This document shows, piece by piece, positions 25,010-33,578 of a stretch of DNA of 36,213 nucleotides. The notes under the pieces are model-generated. The model ran no database searches. It was given only the letters and a program-made list of their open reading frames with translations, and had not been told where the DNA came from. The translations under genes and the position numbers were made by a program. Position 1 is the stretch's first letter. Each line of letters opens with the position of its first letter. The stretch is from a virus. Taxonomy: Duplodnaviria; Caudoviricetes. The stretch covers positions 1 to 36,213 of the IMG/VR virus record IMGVR_UViG_3300017565_000033; one strand, written 5' to 3'.

Positions 25010-27019
25010 GTGAGTGTCTGGTCCTTCGACACGGAAACGTGGCTGATTCAGCCCGGCTTGCTCGCGCCCCCTCTCGTGTGCGGCAGCATCGCTGCGGCGG
25101 CTCCAGGCAGCGAACGACTGCTCGACAAGGCCCAAGCCCGGCAGTTCTTCCGCGAGGCCATCGCCGCACCTGACACGCACCTTGTCGGCGCAAACCTCGC
25201 CTACGACCTGGGCGTCATGGCGGCGGATGACCCGCGCTTCGTGGCGCCCATCTTCGCGGCGCTCGAAGCGGGCCGCCTGCATTGCGTCCAGATTCGCGAA
25301 GCGCTCATCGACATCGCGCGGGGGCTGTACGGCGTGGACCCGTCAACGGGGCGGAAGCTCGACGATGACGAAGGCGCCCGCTACCCGCTCGCGCTTCTCG
25401 TGCAGCGCTACCTGGGGTTCGACATCAGCGAGGACAAGAAGAACCCGAAGGCATGGCGGCTTCGCTACGCGGAACTCGACGGCGTGCCTGTCGAGCGCTG
25501 GCCGACGGAAGCTGCGGAGTACCCGAAGCGCGATGCCCGCTACACGCTCGACGTCTTCTTCCGGCAGGAGGCCGTTGCCCGCGAGACGTCCAACGACGGC
25601 AACCTGCACGCCGAAGCCGACCAGATGCGCGCCGCGTTCGCGCTCCACCTCGCTTCCATCTGGGGTCTCCGGACGAACGGCGACTCGGTAGCCGTGCTGC
25701 GGGAGCGGGTGGAACGGGAGTGGGGAGAGAACCGGGCCAAGTTCCAGGCGGCAGGCATCTACCGGGCCGACGGCACGAAGGATTCGAAGCGCCTTGCCGC
25801 GCTCGTCACTGCCGCCTACGACGGGCAACCGCCCATCACCGCGCCTAGCGACAGGTTCCCCGAAGGCCAGGTCGCGACCGACCGCGACACACTGCTGGGC
25901 TCCGGAGACGCACTTCTCGAAGACCTGGGGAAGAGCGGGCGCGTCGACAAGTACAAGTCCACCTACCTGGACGTCGTCGAGGCGGGCACTTCGCTCCCCA
26001 TCAATCCGCGCTTCAACGTGCTCGTCAGCACCACGCGCGTTTCGAGTGACTACCAGCAGCTCCCCCAGAAGGGCGGCATCCGTGAGGTCCACGAGGCCCG
26101 TCCCGGCTTCGTCTACTGCTCGGTCGACTACGGTGGGCTTGAGCTTCGCACCATGGCTCAGCGGGCCATCTGGGAACTCGGCTTCTCGAAGATGGCCGAA
26201 GCGCTGAACAGCGGGCTCGACGTCCACACCCTTGCCGCAGCCGAATTCCTCGGGGCGAGCTACGACGAGCTGCTTCCGAAGGTGAAGGCGAAAGAGCCCC
26301 TCGCGGTCGCCTTCCGGCAGCTCGCGAAGATTCTCAACTTCGGCAAGGGCGGCGGGATGACGGGCGGCTCGCTCGTCTACAACGCGCGCGCGAAGGACCG
26401 GGTTTCCTTCTGCCTGCTGGCGAAGCGCGCAGACGTCTGCGGCGTCGAGCGCGTCGTTGTCACCGTGCAGCGCAAGCCGAAGAGAGTCTGCCGGGCCTGC
26501 GTCGAGGTCGCGAAGGAACTGGACACGAAGTGGCTCAACGCGTGGCCCGAGCAGCGCGAGCTACAGCACCGGGCGAAGTCACGCACCTACGGGGGCGGGT
26601 TCGCCGACGTGATGATTCCGGGTGCGAACATCCTGCGTGGCGGGTGCGGCTACACGCAAATCCTCAACACGCCATTCCAGGGGCTCGGGGCTGTCGGGTG
26701 CAAGCTCGCCATGTGGCGCGTCAGCCGCGAGATGTACGTCGACCGCCGCTCGCCGCTCTACGGCTCGCGACTCGTCCTCATGGTGCATGACGAGCTGATT
26801 AGCGAGCTGCTCGCCGATGACGCTCAGCGGATGCACGACGCAGCCGAGCGCAAGGCGTACCTGATGCGCGAAGCAATGAAGGAAACGACTCCCGACCTGG
26901 CACCGGCAATCGAAGCTGAACCTGCGCTGTCTCGCATCATGTCGAAGGACGTCGCCACCGTGCGCGACAGCTCCGGGCAGCTGCTCGTCTGGGAGCCGCC
27001 CACGAAGCGTGCTGCCTGA
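25010..27019 (+). CDS. Phage family A DNA polymerase with 3'-5' exonuclease domain
   Basis: ExoI FDTET, ExoII NLAYD, ExoIII YPKRD; motif A DYGGLELR, motif B RQLAKILNFG, motif C VHDE. Confidence 0.93.
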   Translation: MSVWSFDTETWLIQPGLLAPPLVCGSIAAAAPGSERLLDKAQARQFFREAIAAPDTHLVGANLAYDLGVMAADDPRFVAPIFAALEAGRLHCVQIREALIDIARGLYGVDPSTGRKLDDDEGARYPLALLVQRYLGFDISEDKKNPKAWRLRYAELDGVPVERWPTEAAEYPKRDARYTLDVFFRQEAVARETSNDGNLHAEADQMRAAFALHLASIWGLRTNGDSVAVLRERVEREWGENRAKFQAAGIYRADGTKDSKRLAALVTAAYDGQPPITAPSDRFPEGQVATDRDTLLGSGDALLEDLGKSGRVDKYKSTYLDVVEAGTSLPINPRFNVLVSTTRVSSDYQQLPQKGGIREVHEARPGFVYCSVDYGGLELRTMAQRAIWELGFSKMAEALNSGLDVHTLAAAEFLGASYDELLPKVKAKEPLAVAFRQLAKILNFGKGGGMTGGSLVYNARAKDRVSFCLLAKRADVCGVERVVVTVQRKPKRVCRACVEVAKELDTKWLNAWPEQRELQHRAKSRTYGGGFADVMIPGANILRGGCGYTQILNTPFQGLGAVGCKLAMWRVSREMYVDRRSPLYGSRLVLMVHDELISELLADDAQRMHDAAERKAYLMREAMKETTPDLAPAIEAEPALSRIMSKDVATVRDSSGQLLVWEPPTKRAA

Positions 27020-27050
27020 GCCACGCCCGGAATCCGCACCCATTTAGGGA
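27017..27050 (+). promoter_or_regulatory. 34-bp phage motif copy R6
   Basis: TGAGCCACGCCCGGAATCCGCACCCATTTAGGGA; TGA is the polymerase stop. Confidence 0.8.
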
Positions 27051-27079
27051 GCAAACGCACTCCCTGAAAGGTGCAACGC

Positions 27080-27253
27080 ATGACCACGCCAACCGATGCG
27101 CTCGAACAGCTCCCGCCCGCCGTCTACCCGTATCTCGACGTGGACCTTGACGACGCGGTCGCCTTCGATGTCGCCGACTTCCACGAGCTGCGCTTGCTGT
27201 CCGCGCTTGTCGACGAATCCGCGCAGCCCTTCATCCTCGCGGTGGGTCTCTGA
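27080..27253 (+). CDS. Small acidic hypothetical protein
   Basis: 57 aa, AAAGGTG upstream, TGATG overlap with the next gene. Confidence 0.55.
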   Translation: MTTPTDALEQLPPAVYPYLDVDLDDAVAFDVADFHELRLLSALVDESAQPFILAVGL

Positions 27254-27846
27254 TGAAAACGGGACCTTGGATCCAGACCCGTAGCGGTCGGCGCTTCTAC
27301 CCACTCAACCCGCGAGCCGAAGACGTTGACCTCCACGACATCGCACATGCGCTTGCGCGTCAGTGTCGATTCAGCGGGCACACAAGCCGCTACTATTCGG
27401 TCGCAGAGCACAGCGTCAGGGTTGCGATGCGCGTCTATGAGCAGACCAGCGATCCCGCGTTCGCGCTGCTTGGACTGCTTCACGACGCGAGCGAGGCTTA
27501 CCTCATCGACCTGCCGCGTCCGCTCAAGCGCGATCCCGTCTTTGCGCCCTACGTGGTTGCCGAACGCGCTGTGATGGACGCGATCCTTCGGCACGTCGGT
27601 TTCACCTCTACAGACCTGCCTGAAGTCGTGAAGCGCGCCGATATGGCGCTGCTCGCCGCCGAAGCTCACGAGTTCATGGCGCCGGTCTCCGACGAGTGGC
27701 TCGCCGAGCTGCCCGAGGCGGAGCCCATGGAACACGCGCCGGGCTGGACCCCTGAGCACGCCGAAGCGGCATTCGGTCGCGCATTCGTCGCCTTCGCATC
27801 GCTGATTCTCGAAGGACAGGCCGCGCGACGCGGGGGCTTTCACTGA
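27253..27846 (+). CDS. HD-domain phosphohydrolase (YfbR/YfdR-like deoxynucleotidase)
   Basis: DIAHALA..CRF.GH, YSVAEHS and LLHDASEAY motifs. Confidence 0.88.
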   Translation: MKTGPWIQTRSGRRFYPLNPRAEDVDLHDIAHALARQCRFSGHTSRYYSVAEHSVRVAMRVYEQTSDPAFALLGLLHDASEAYLIDLPRPLKRDPVFAPYVVAERAVMDAILRHVGFTSTDLPEVVKRADMALLAAEAHEFMAPVSDEWLAELPEAEPMEHAPGWTPEHAEAAFGRAFVAFASLILEGQAARRGGFH

Positions 27847-28406
27847 TGCCGCCGACTCGGAATCTACTCGTGGCGCTCGACCCAGGGCTTCGCGAGTGCG
27901 GCGTCGCGCTCTTCGACTTGGACTCGGGCGAGCTGCTCGCAGCGGGTATGCCTACGAATCCCGAGCGGAAGGCCCGTGGGCTTGCCGCATGGTCGACTAT
28001 GGCGGGAGCGGTCGCCGCGTTCGTCTCGTCACTCCTGGAGCCGCTCAGGGCCGCTGGCGTGGCTGTTTCCATCACCGTCGCGAGCGAGTGTCCCCAGGTC
28101 TACACGGCCGGGAAGAGCAAGGGCGACCCGAACGACCTGATTGAACTCGCTGGCGTCGTCGGCCGGGTTGCCGGTGGGCTCGGCGCGACGAGTGAGCGCG
28201 GCTTCCTACCGCGCGAGTGGAAGGGGACGCTCGACGGTGACGTCATGGTCGAGCGCATCAAGGCGCGCCTCGGCGAGCGACCGCACGAACACCTGCGGGT
28301 GCAGCTCCCTCGCGCCCAGGACAAGCACCACAACGTTTGGGACGCCGTCGGCATCGGCCTTCACGTGGTCGGCCGACTCGCGCCCCGGAAGGTCTTCCCG
28401 AGGTAG
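27846..28406 (+). CDS. RuvC-like Holliday junction resolvase
   Basis: LVALDPG..CGVA, ECPQ, PREWKG, DAVGIG acidic catalytic pattern. Confidence 0.75.
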   Translation: MPPTRNLLVALDPGLRECGVALFDLDSGELLAAGMPTNPERKARGLAAWSTMAGAVAAFVSSLLEPLRAAGVAVSITVASECPQVYTAGKSKGDPNDLIELAGVVGRVAGGLGATSERGFLPREWKGTLDGDVMVERIKARLGERPHEHLRVQLPRAQDKHHNVWDAVGIGLHVVGRLAPRKVFPR

Positions 28407-28408
28407 CC

Positions 28409-28624
28409 ATGCCTGATAACCATGAAGCCGCCCCCGAGTTCCTGACGGTCGACGAGGCCGCAGCACTTCTGCGCGTGAACCGGAAGACGCTCTACGAGTC
28501 GATTCGGCTGGGGCAGCTCCCTGGCGTCGTTCGCATCGGAAAAGCGCTGCGCATTCGACGGGAGACCATCGTAACGTCGCCCTCGGGAAAGGGCCGCGAT
28601 TCTGCGCTCAGGAGTCGACGATGA
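28409..28624 (+). CDS. xis: Excisionase / HTH_17-type DNA-binding protein
   Basis: FLTVDEAAALLRVNRKTLYESIRLGQLPGVVRIG; ATGA overlap with the integrase. Confidence 0.85.
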   Translation: MPDNHEAAPEFLTVDEAAALLRVNRKTLYESIRLGQLPGVVRIGKALRIRRETIVTSPSGKGRDSALRSRR

Positions 28625-29841
28625 GCGTCAGGTTGCGGAAGTGGACGACGAAGGAAGGAAAGTCTGAGGAGGCGTGGCAAGTGGACTTCGTGTTTCAGCA
28701 CGCGGACGGACGGAAACAGCGAGTCGTGAAGGTCTCGCCCGTTCAGACCCGTCGGGGTGCCGAGCAATACGAACGCGAACTGCGCAACGCCCTGCTCAAC
28801 GGGACTTTCGGAAAGGAGAAGTGCGGCAAGGAAAGCGTCATCACGCTTGCCGACTACACGCCGCGATTCCTCACCTACAGCGAGAACAACAACAAGCACT
28901 CAAGCGTCGTGAGCAAGCGGCAGATTCTCGACGACCACATCCTGCCGTTTTTCGGGAAGATGGCGCTCGCGAGCATCGGCCCGGCCGAAATCGAAGACTT
29001 CAAGGCGCACATGCGCAAGAAGAAGTCGGCAGCTCGCGCCCGGAAGGAGGTCCCCACGCAGGCCGCCATCCGGAAGCGGAAGGACATCGAGCCCAATCCC
29101 CTGAGCTTGAAGACCGTCAACAACGTGCTGACGGTGCTTCACAAGCTGCTCGCTCTCGCGGAAGAGCAGCGGGTCATCCGGCAGGCGCCGCGCGTGAAGC
29201 TCTTCGGCAAGCTGCGAAAGCCGCCCTTCGACTTCCTGAGCTTCGAGGAAGCCGAGCGGCTCGTCGCCACCGCCGAACCGGAGTGGCGTCCGGTGCTGCT
29301 CGTCGCCGTCAAGGCAGGACTGCGGCAGGGGGAGTTGATTGGACTCCAGTGGAACGACCTGAACCTGACGCAGAAGCTTCTCCACGTTCGCCGAACCATC
29401 TGGCGCGGCGTGGAGGGACTGCCGAAGGGCGGACGCGAACGGACGGTCGACCTACCGGCCTCCGTGGTGGATGCGCTAAGGGCTCACCGGCACCTTCGGG
29501 GCCGCTTCGTCTTCTGCCAGGAGGACGGACAGCCGCTCACCGAAGGGAAGATGAAGGCTCCGCTTCGCCGAGCCCTCCGGGCGGCAGGCATCACCCGCGA
29601 AGTGGGGCAAATCGGCTGGCACGACCTGCGCCACACCTACGGCAGCCACCTCGCCATGCGGGGCGTTCCGCTGAAGGTGATTCAGGAGCTGATGGGGCAC
29701 GCGACCATCGAGATGACGAATCGCTACGCCCACCTGAGCCCCGACACGCGGAGAGAGGCGGTCGGTGTTCTCGACCGGCCCTCTGCTCCGACGTGCGACA
29801 TACGTGCAACACAGGTGGAAGGCACTGCTAACCACCTGTAA
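28621..29841 (+). CDS. int: Tyrosine integrase
   Basis: Catalytic residues GLRQGE (R), PKGG (K), HDLRH, MGH, RYAH; next to the att site. Confidence 0.95.
   Translation: MSVRLRKWTTKEGKSEEAWQVDFVFQHADGRKQRVVKVSPVQTRRGAEQYERELRNALLNGTFGKEKCGKESVITLADYTPRFLTYSENNNKHSSVVSKRQILDDHILPFFGKMALASIGPAEIEDFKAHMRKKKSAARARKEVPTQAAIRKRKDIEPNPLSLKTVNNVLTVLHKLLALAEEQRVIRQAPRVKLFGKLRKPPFDFLSFEEAERLVATAEPEWRPVLLVAVKAGLRQGELIGLQWNDLNLTQKLLHVRRTIWRGVEGLPKGGRERTVDLPASVVDALRAHRHLRGRFVFCQEDGQPLTEGKMKAPLRRALRAAGITREVGQIGWHDLRHTYGSHLAMRGVPLKVIQELMGHATIEMTNRYAHLSPDTRREAVGVLDRPSAPTCDIRATQVEGTANHL
29791..29811 (+). repeat. Candidate integrase arm-type binding sites
   Basis: Direct repeat ACGTGCGACA-T-ACGTGCAACA about 50 bp from the att core. 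Confidence 0.45.
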
Positions 29842-29857
29842 CCAATGAGAAAAACAG

Positions 29858-29886
29858 TGGAGGCGGCGGGAATCGAACCCGCGTCC
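29858..29886 (-). other. att site: 29-nt 3'-end fragment of tmRNA (ssrA)
   Basis: GGACGCGGGTTCGATTCCCGCCGCCTCCA = GGAC + T-arm + acceptor 3' strand + discriminator A; followed by CTG rather than CCA; 16 nt from the int stop. Confidence 0.85.
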
Positions 29887-31469
29887 TAAAGCCATTCAAA
29901 GACGGGGCCCAGGACGGGGTCCGTGGCGAGGATGAACGTGCCCTGGAGCATTTCAAACAGCTCCAGTGGACCCGCTACGGGATGTTTCGGTGACACCGGC
30001 GGACCTCGTTGCCCGGTGTGCATCAGCCTTCCGTCTTCCAGGAGAATGGCCCAGCGCACCTCGCCCGCACGCTCGGAGTGGGGTTGATGGCAGTGTCGTG
30101 CCACCGCCGCGCGGGCGTCCATGGGCAGCTCGGGCAGCGGCGTCATGCGCGGGGGCGCCGCGAGCCTGCCGTCCGCGCGGAAGCGGACCTCCGCCAGCAT
30201 GGGCTTCCGAAGATTCTTCAGCGACGCCGCCACCAGCGCGGCGTGGACGAAGCCCGCCTCATCAATCCAGATTCCCGGCTCGGACTTAGGAAGCACGCGC
30301 AGGCCGCGGAGGAAGGTGCTCGCCACGCGGCCCAGACGGCCGGCGCCCGTGGCTCGCACGTGCTGGATATCCAGACCGCCCTCGGCCTCACTCACGAGCA
30401 CGATGCTGATGCCGTTTCCCACGGCCGCGGGTTGAAGCGTGGCGCGAGCCGCCAGCGGCACCGAAGGAAGCCGCACACGTGCGACTTCCTTCCCAGGGGT
30501 GACCTGGGTGGCATCCATGCTCGACTGGAAGCGCAGGAGCCGCAGGTCCCGGCCCCCGGCGCCCACGACGGGGACGAAGAGCGCTCCGGCATGGGTCTCC
30601 AGGGGCGGACGCACGAGCATCTCAGGCGGCGCCTCCAGGTCGAAGCGGAAGGGCGCCGTGGTCGTCGCGGGGGGAGCCAGGGCGAGAATCGACGCGCCCT
30701 GGCGCCAGAGGACCCAGCTCACGGCCTCTCCGCCCGGGGCATCGTTGGTCCACGGCGCCAGCGCGTCGGAAGCGCCGGGCTCCACGGTCCCCAGTACCTT
30801 CGAGGCCCGCCGGGTGACGCCTTGTCCGTCCTCGTCCGTCTCGTCGACGAAGACGGCTTGCATCAGCAGTGTCCGCCCCTCCAATTGCTGGAGCCACACG
30901 GTACCAACCCCGGAGTACGGCCCCCCACCGAGCATCACCCCCGCCGACGCCGAGCCTGGCCGCCCTGTCACGACCTCGAACTCGACCGGCGTGGACAGCG
31001 CGTCGATGCCCGTGGCCTGAAGCCGAGCGGTCAGCTGGTAGTGGCCGGGTTGGCGGATGGGCAGCCACTCCTGGAGCGGCACCACGGACTCCAGGGACTG
31101 CCCGGAGGAGAGCCGGACGCGCGGCGGATCGAGCTCGCCTCCGGGCTGTGCGAGCTGCCGCTCGATGACGGCGCGGTGGTTGACGCCGTGGCCCTTCGGG
31201 TACTCGGGGCCGGTGATGGTGTACGTGAGGGATTGGTCCGCGTGACGAAAGGGGTCCGGGAACTCCAGCGGCGTGGCGCTCTCGTTGGAGAGACGGACGC
31301 GCACGTCCAGGTCCTCCGAGGTGACGAGCTGCGCCTTGGGCAGCTTGAGCTGGATGCGCATGGGGGCACCTCCTGACGCGGGGGTAGGGGCGTTCTGGGA
31401 CGGTGTGGCGGGGCTCGACGCGGTGAGGGTCATCATGAGCAGCCACGGAGAGGGAAGGAGGGCGCTCAT
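29886..31469 (-). CDS. Hypothetical protein (possibly exported, N-terminal Ig-like domain)
   Basis: 527 aa, hydrophobic N-terminus then Pro/Ser linker, PGHYQLTARL strand motif; ATGA overlap with the upstream gene; stop abuts att. Confidence 0.7.
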   Translation of the reverse strand: MSALLPSPWLLMMTLTASSPATPSQNAPTPASGGAPMRIQLKLPKAQLVTSEDLDVRVRLSNESATPLEFPDPFRHADQSLTYTITGPEYPKGHGVNHRAVIERQLAQPGGELDPPRVRLSSGQSLESVVPLQEWLPIRQPGHYQLTARLQATGIDALSTPVEFEVVTGRPGSASAGVMLGGGPYSGVGTVWLQQLEGRTLLMQAVFVDETDEDGQGVTRRASKVLGTVEPGASDALAPWTNDAPGGEAVSWVLWRQGASILALAPPATTTAPFRFDLEAPPEMLVRPPLETHAGALFVPVVGAGGRDLRLLRFQSSMDATQVTPGKEVARVRLPSVPLAARATLQPAAVGNGISIVLVSEAEGGLDIQHVRATGAGRLGRVASTFLRGLRVLPKSEPGIWIDEAGFVHAALVAASLKNLRKPMLAEVRFRADGRLAAPPRMTPLPELPMDARAAVARHCHQPHSERAGEVRWAILLEDGRLMHTGQRGPPVSPKHPVAGPLELFEMLQGTFILATDPVLGPVFEWL

Positions 31470-33568
31470 GGCCTCGCATTCCGTGCGCCGTCATTGTCCA
31501 GGACGTGGATGTTCCAGCCGCGCAGACGCAGGAGACAGAGCCCGCAGAGGCGCCGCTTCGCCGAGAAGTCGTAGCCCATCAGGCAGTCCCCTGCCGCCTG
31601 GTCGTGGTGCTTCGGCTGAGCGCCGCCAATCGTGCGGTCGGCGGGGAATGGGGCGTGTGGAAGGAAGAGCTGGTGCCCGATTTCATGGGCCAGCGTCTGC
31701 TCAAGCGTATTCTCCACACCGTGGTAGTTGCCCGCGGCGGCGCATTGGATGACGGCGCAGCGGTCTCGCTGCCGGGAGGGAAACTCCGAGGCGAAGCCAT
31801 TGACCATCCTGCCGCCTGCGTTGCGCTCCAGGTTGTAGAGGCCGGCGAACTGGAACAGCGCGATGCCCGGCGCCGCGCCCAGCGCCGAGTCCAGCGCCTG
31901 GGTGAGCAGCGTCTTCGCCCAGTCCTTGCACTGGCGGTGGTAGTCGTGCGCCTCCTGCAGGGGCAGCCTGCGTTCCCGCGTGGGGGCGAGCCATCGAGAA
32001 AGGTCCGCGTCCTCGCAGCGCTTCACGCGCTTCACTTCGGCCAGGAACTCCGAGTGGGGGCGGAAGGTGATGGCATGGCCTCCCGACGCATACTGGTCCA
32101 CCGTGGGGTCGATGGCCGCGCGGAGCTCCCAGTGACGGGACGCCGCTACCGCCGCCGCGATGCGCGTATTGTAGTCGTGGGCGCTCCATTCGGTGGCGCC
32201 GCTCGTCCGGTCTTCCAGGCGCAGGAAGGCGGGCTCGAAGTGGCCCTGGACGGAGGCGAGCATGAAGTCCGAGACACCCGCGCCCTTGCGCACGACGCGC
32301 GTGAGGTGGACCTCGCGCCAGGACTCGAAGGTGCCGGTGGCGGCACGCACGGCGGCCGGCAGCGGGGCGTCATCGTCCACGTCCAGCACCAGGGCGCCGT
32401 CCCTGCGCCGTTCGTAGGCGAGCTGCACGCTGACGCGCCAGGCGTCACCCGCGAGGCTCGACGGTTGGAAGACCACGCCCGTCCGGCCCGCGAAGGCCCC
32501 CGACGTCCAGGCCTCGCTGTAGGCGGCCCATCCTCGCTTGTTGCAGGCGGTGACGCGGAAGGGGAAGGCCCCGTCGCGAGGCTCGGCCTGGGGGGCGTAG
32601 CCGGCCTGTCTGGGAAACACTGCGGACGACGGGGCCCCCCGCTTGCCGCCCACGTCCCGGTGCGCGTTGTCGCCCTTGGGCCGCGACGTGGCGCGGTGCC
32701 GGTCCAGCGCGTGCGACAGGAAGGCACGGGCCGTGGGGGAATGGTGTTCGACGGCTTCCGTCTCGTCTTCCCAGTCCCAGAGGAAGCGCACGCGCCCGAG
32801 GGCGGCCGGCGCATCCACGAAGTTGCCACGCGAGTCCTTCAGCCACGCGCGGGCGAAGAGGGGAAGCTCCGGTCCGCTCCCCCAGTGCTTCCGGTGAAGC
32901 TGGTAGCCGGTCGCGTCGGTCATCTCCGAGGGCTTCGTCTTGAAGAGGTTGGCGGGCAGACGGAGCTCGGCCTTCTCTCCCGGCGCGGGGATGCGCTTCA
33001 GGGCCCGGGTGAGCTCGCGGTCCTGCTCCCGGGAGAGCACCCGGGGGTCGCCCAGCTCCAACTCCAGGCCCGCGACGAGGACATGGAAGTACGTCCATGC
33101 GACCGGTGCTTGCGCGAGGCCCTGCCCCTGGAGCGTCAGCTTCAGCTTGTACGGCGAGTGCTCCACCGTGACGACTCCGTCCGGAAAGGCCTCGCACTCG
33201 GGGATGCGGCCATCCCATTGCCACTGGTGCTCGCCCGGGACGAGCTCCTCCGGACGCAGCGCTCGCGACCACAGGGGTGCCTTGCGGTAGCGTGTGAAGA
33301 GCTCCAACGTGCCCGAGCGCACCAGGGCTCCCGCATCCTGCAGCCGCCACGTCAGCTCGATGGGCTCCACCCCCGGCGCGAAGTGGAAGCCGTCGTCTCC
33401 CCCGGCGAGCACGGGAGCGGGTGTGGGGCGGTGACAGCGGGATTGGGGCCCGCCCGGGCTGCGGAGCCGGAAGTCCGCCACGCCGTGGCTCGCCGGGCGC
33501 AGCCGGTTGCGGTTGCGGCCTCCAGGCGCAGCCAGGGCGACACTGGCCTTCAGGGGAATGCGTGCCAT
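31466..33568 (-). CDS. Large protein with C-terminal metzincin-like zinc peptidase motif
   Basis: HEIGHQLFLPH, CLMGY (Met-turn-like), LCGLC; ATG 33568 avoids overlap with the upstream gene. Confidence 0.7.
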   Translation of the reverse strand: MARIPLKASVALAAPGGRNRNRLRPASHGVADFRLRSPGGPQSRCHRPTPAPVLAGGDDGFHFAPGVEPIELTWRLQDAGALVRSGTLELFTRYRKAPLWSRALRPEELVPGEHQWQWDGRIPECEAFPDGVVTVEHSPYKLKLTLQGQGLAQAPVAWTYFHVLVAGLELELGDPRVLSREQDRELTRALKRIPAPGEKAELRLPANLFKTKPSEMTDATGYQLHRKHWGSGPELPLFARAWLKDSRGNFVDAPAALGRVRFLWDWEDETEAVEHHSPTARAFLSHALDRHRATSRPKGDNAHRDVGGKRGAPSSAVFPRQAGYAPQAEPRDGAFPFRVTACNKRGWAAYSEAWTSGAFAGRTGVVFQPSSLAGDAWRVSVQLAYERRRDGALVLDVDDDAPLPAAVRAATGTFESWREVHLTRVVRKGAGVSDFMLASVQGHFEPAFLRLEDRTSGATEWSAHDYNTRIAAAVAASRHWELRAAIDPTVDQYASGGHAITFRPHSEFLAEVKRVKRCEDADLSRWLAPTRERRLPLQEAHDYHRQCKDWAKTLLTQALDSALGAAPGIALFQFAGLYNLERNAGGRMVNGFASEFPSRQRDRCAVIQCAAAGNYHGVENTLEQTLAHEIGHQLFLPHAPFPADRTIGGAQPKHHDQAAGDCLMGYDFSAKRRLCGLCLLRLRGWNIHVLDNDGARNARP

Positions 33569-33578
33569 GGGGGAGGCC

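Larger units (their letters stand above)
1..29886. mobile_element. Integrated siphovirus-type prophage (right part; left end outside window)
   Basis: Syntenic head-tail module (- strand), replication module (+ strand), and xis-int followed by a tmRNA 3' fragment at 29858-29886. Confidence 0.95.

Noticed and set aside
25010-27846. 2-aminoadenine (Z-genome) system from PolA plus HD hydrolase
   Set aside because: No PurZ or MazZ-like gene in the window; the HD protein has ordinary YfdR-like motifs
29858-29886. Complete tRNA or tmRNA gene
   Set aside because: Only the T-arm and acceptor 3' strand are present; the upstream sequence is a CDS
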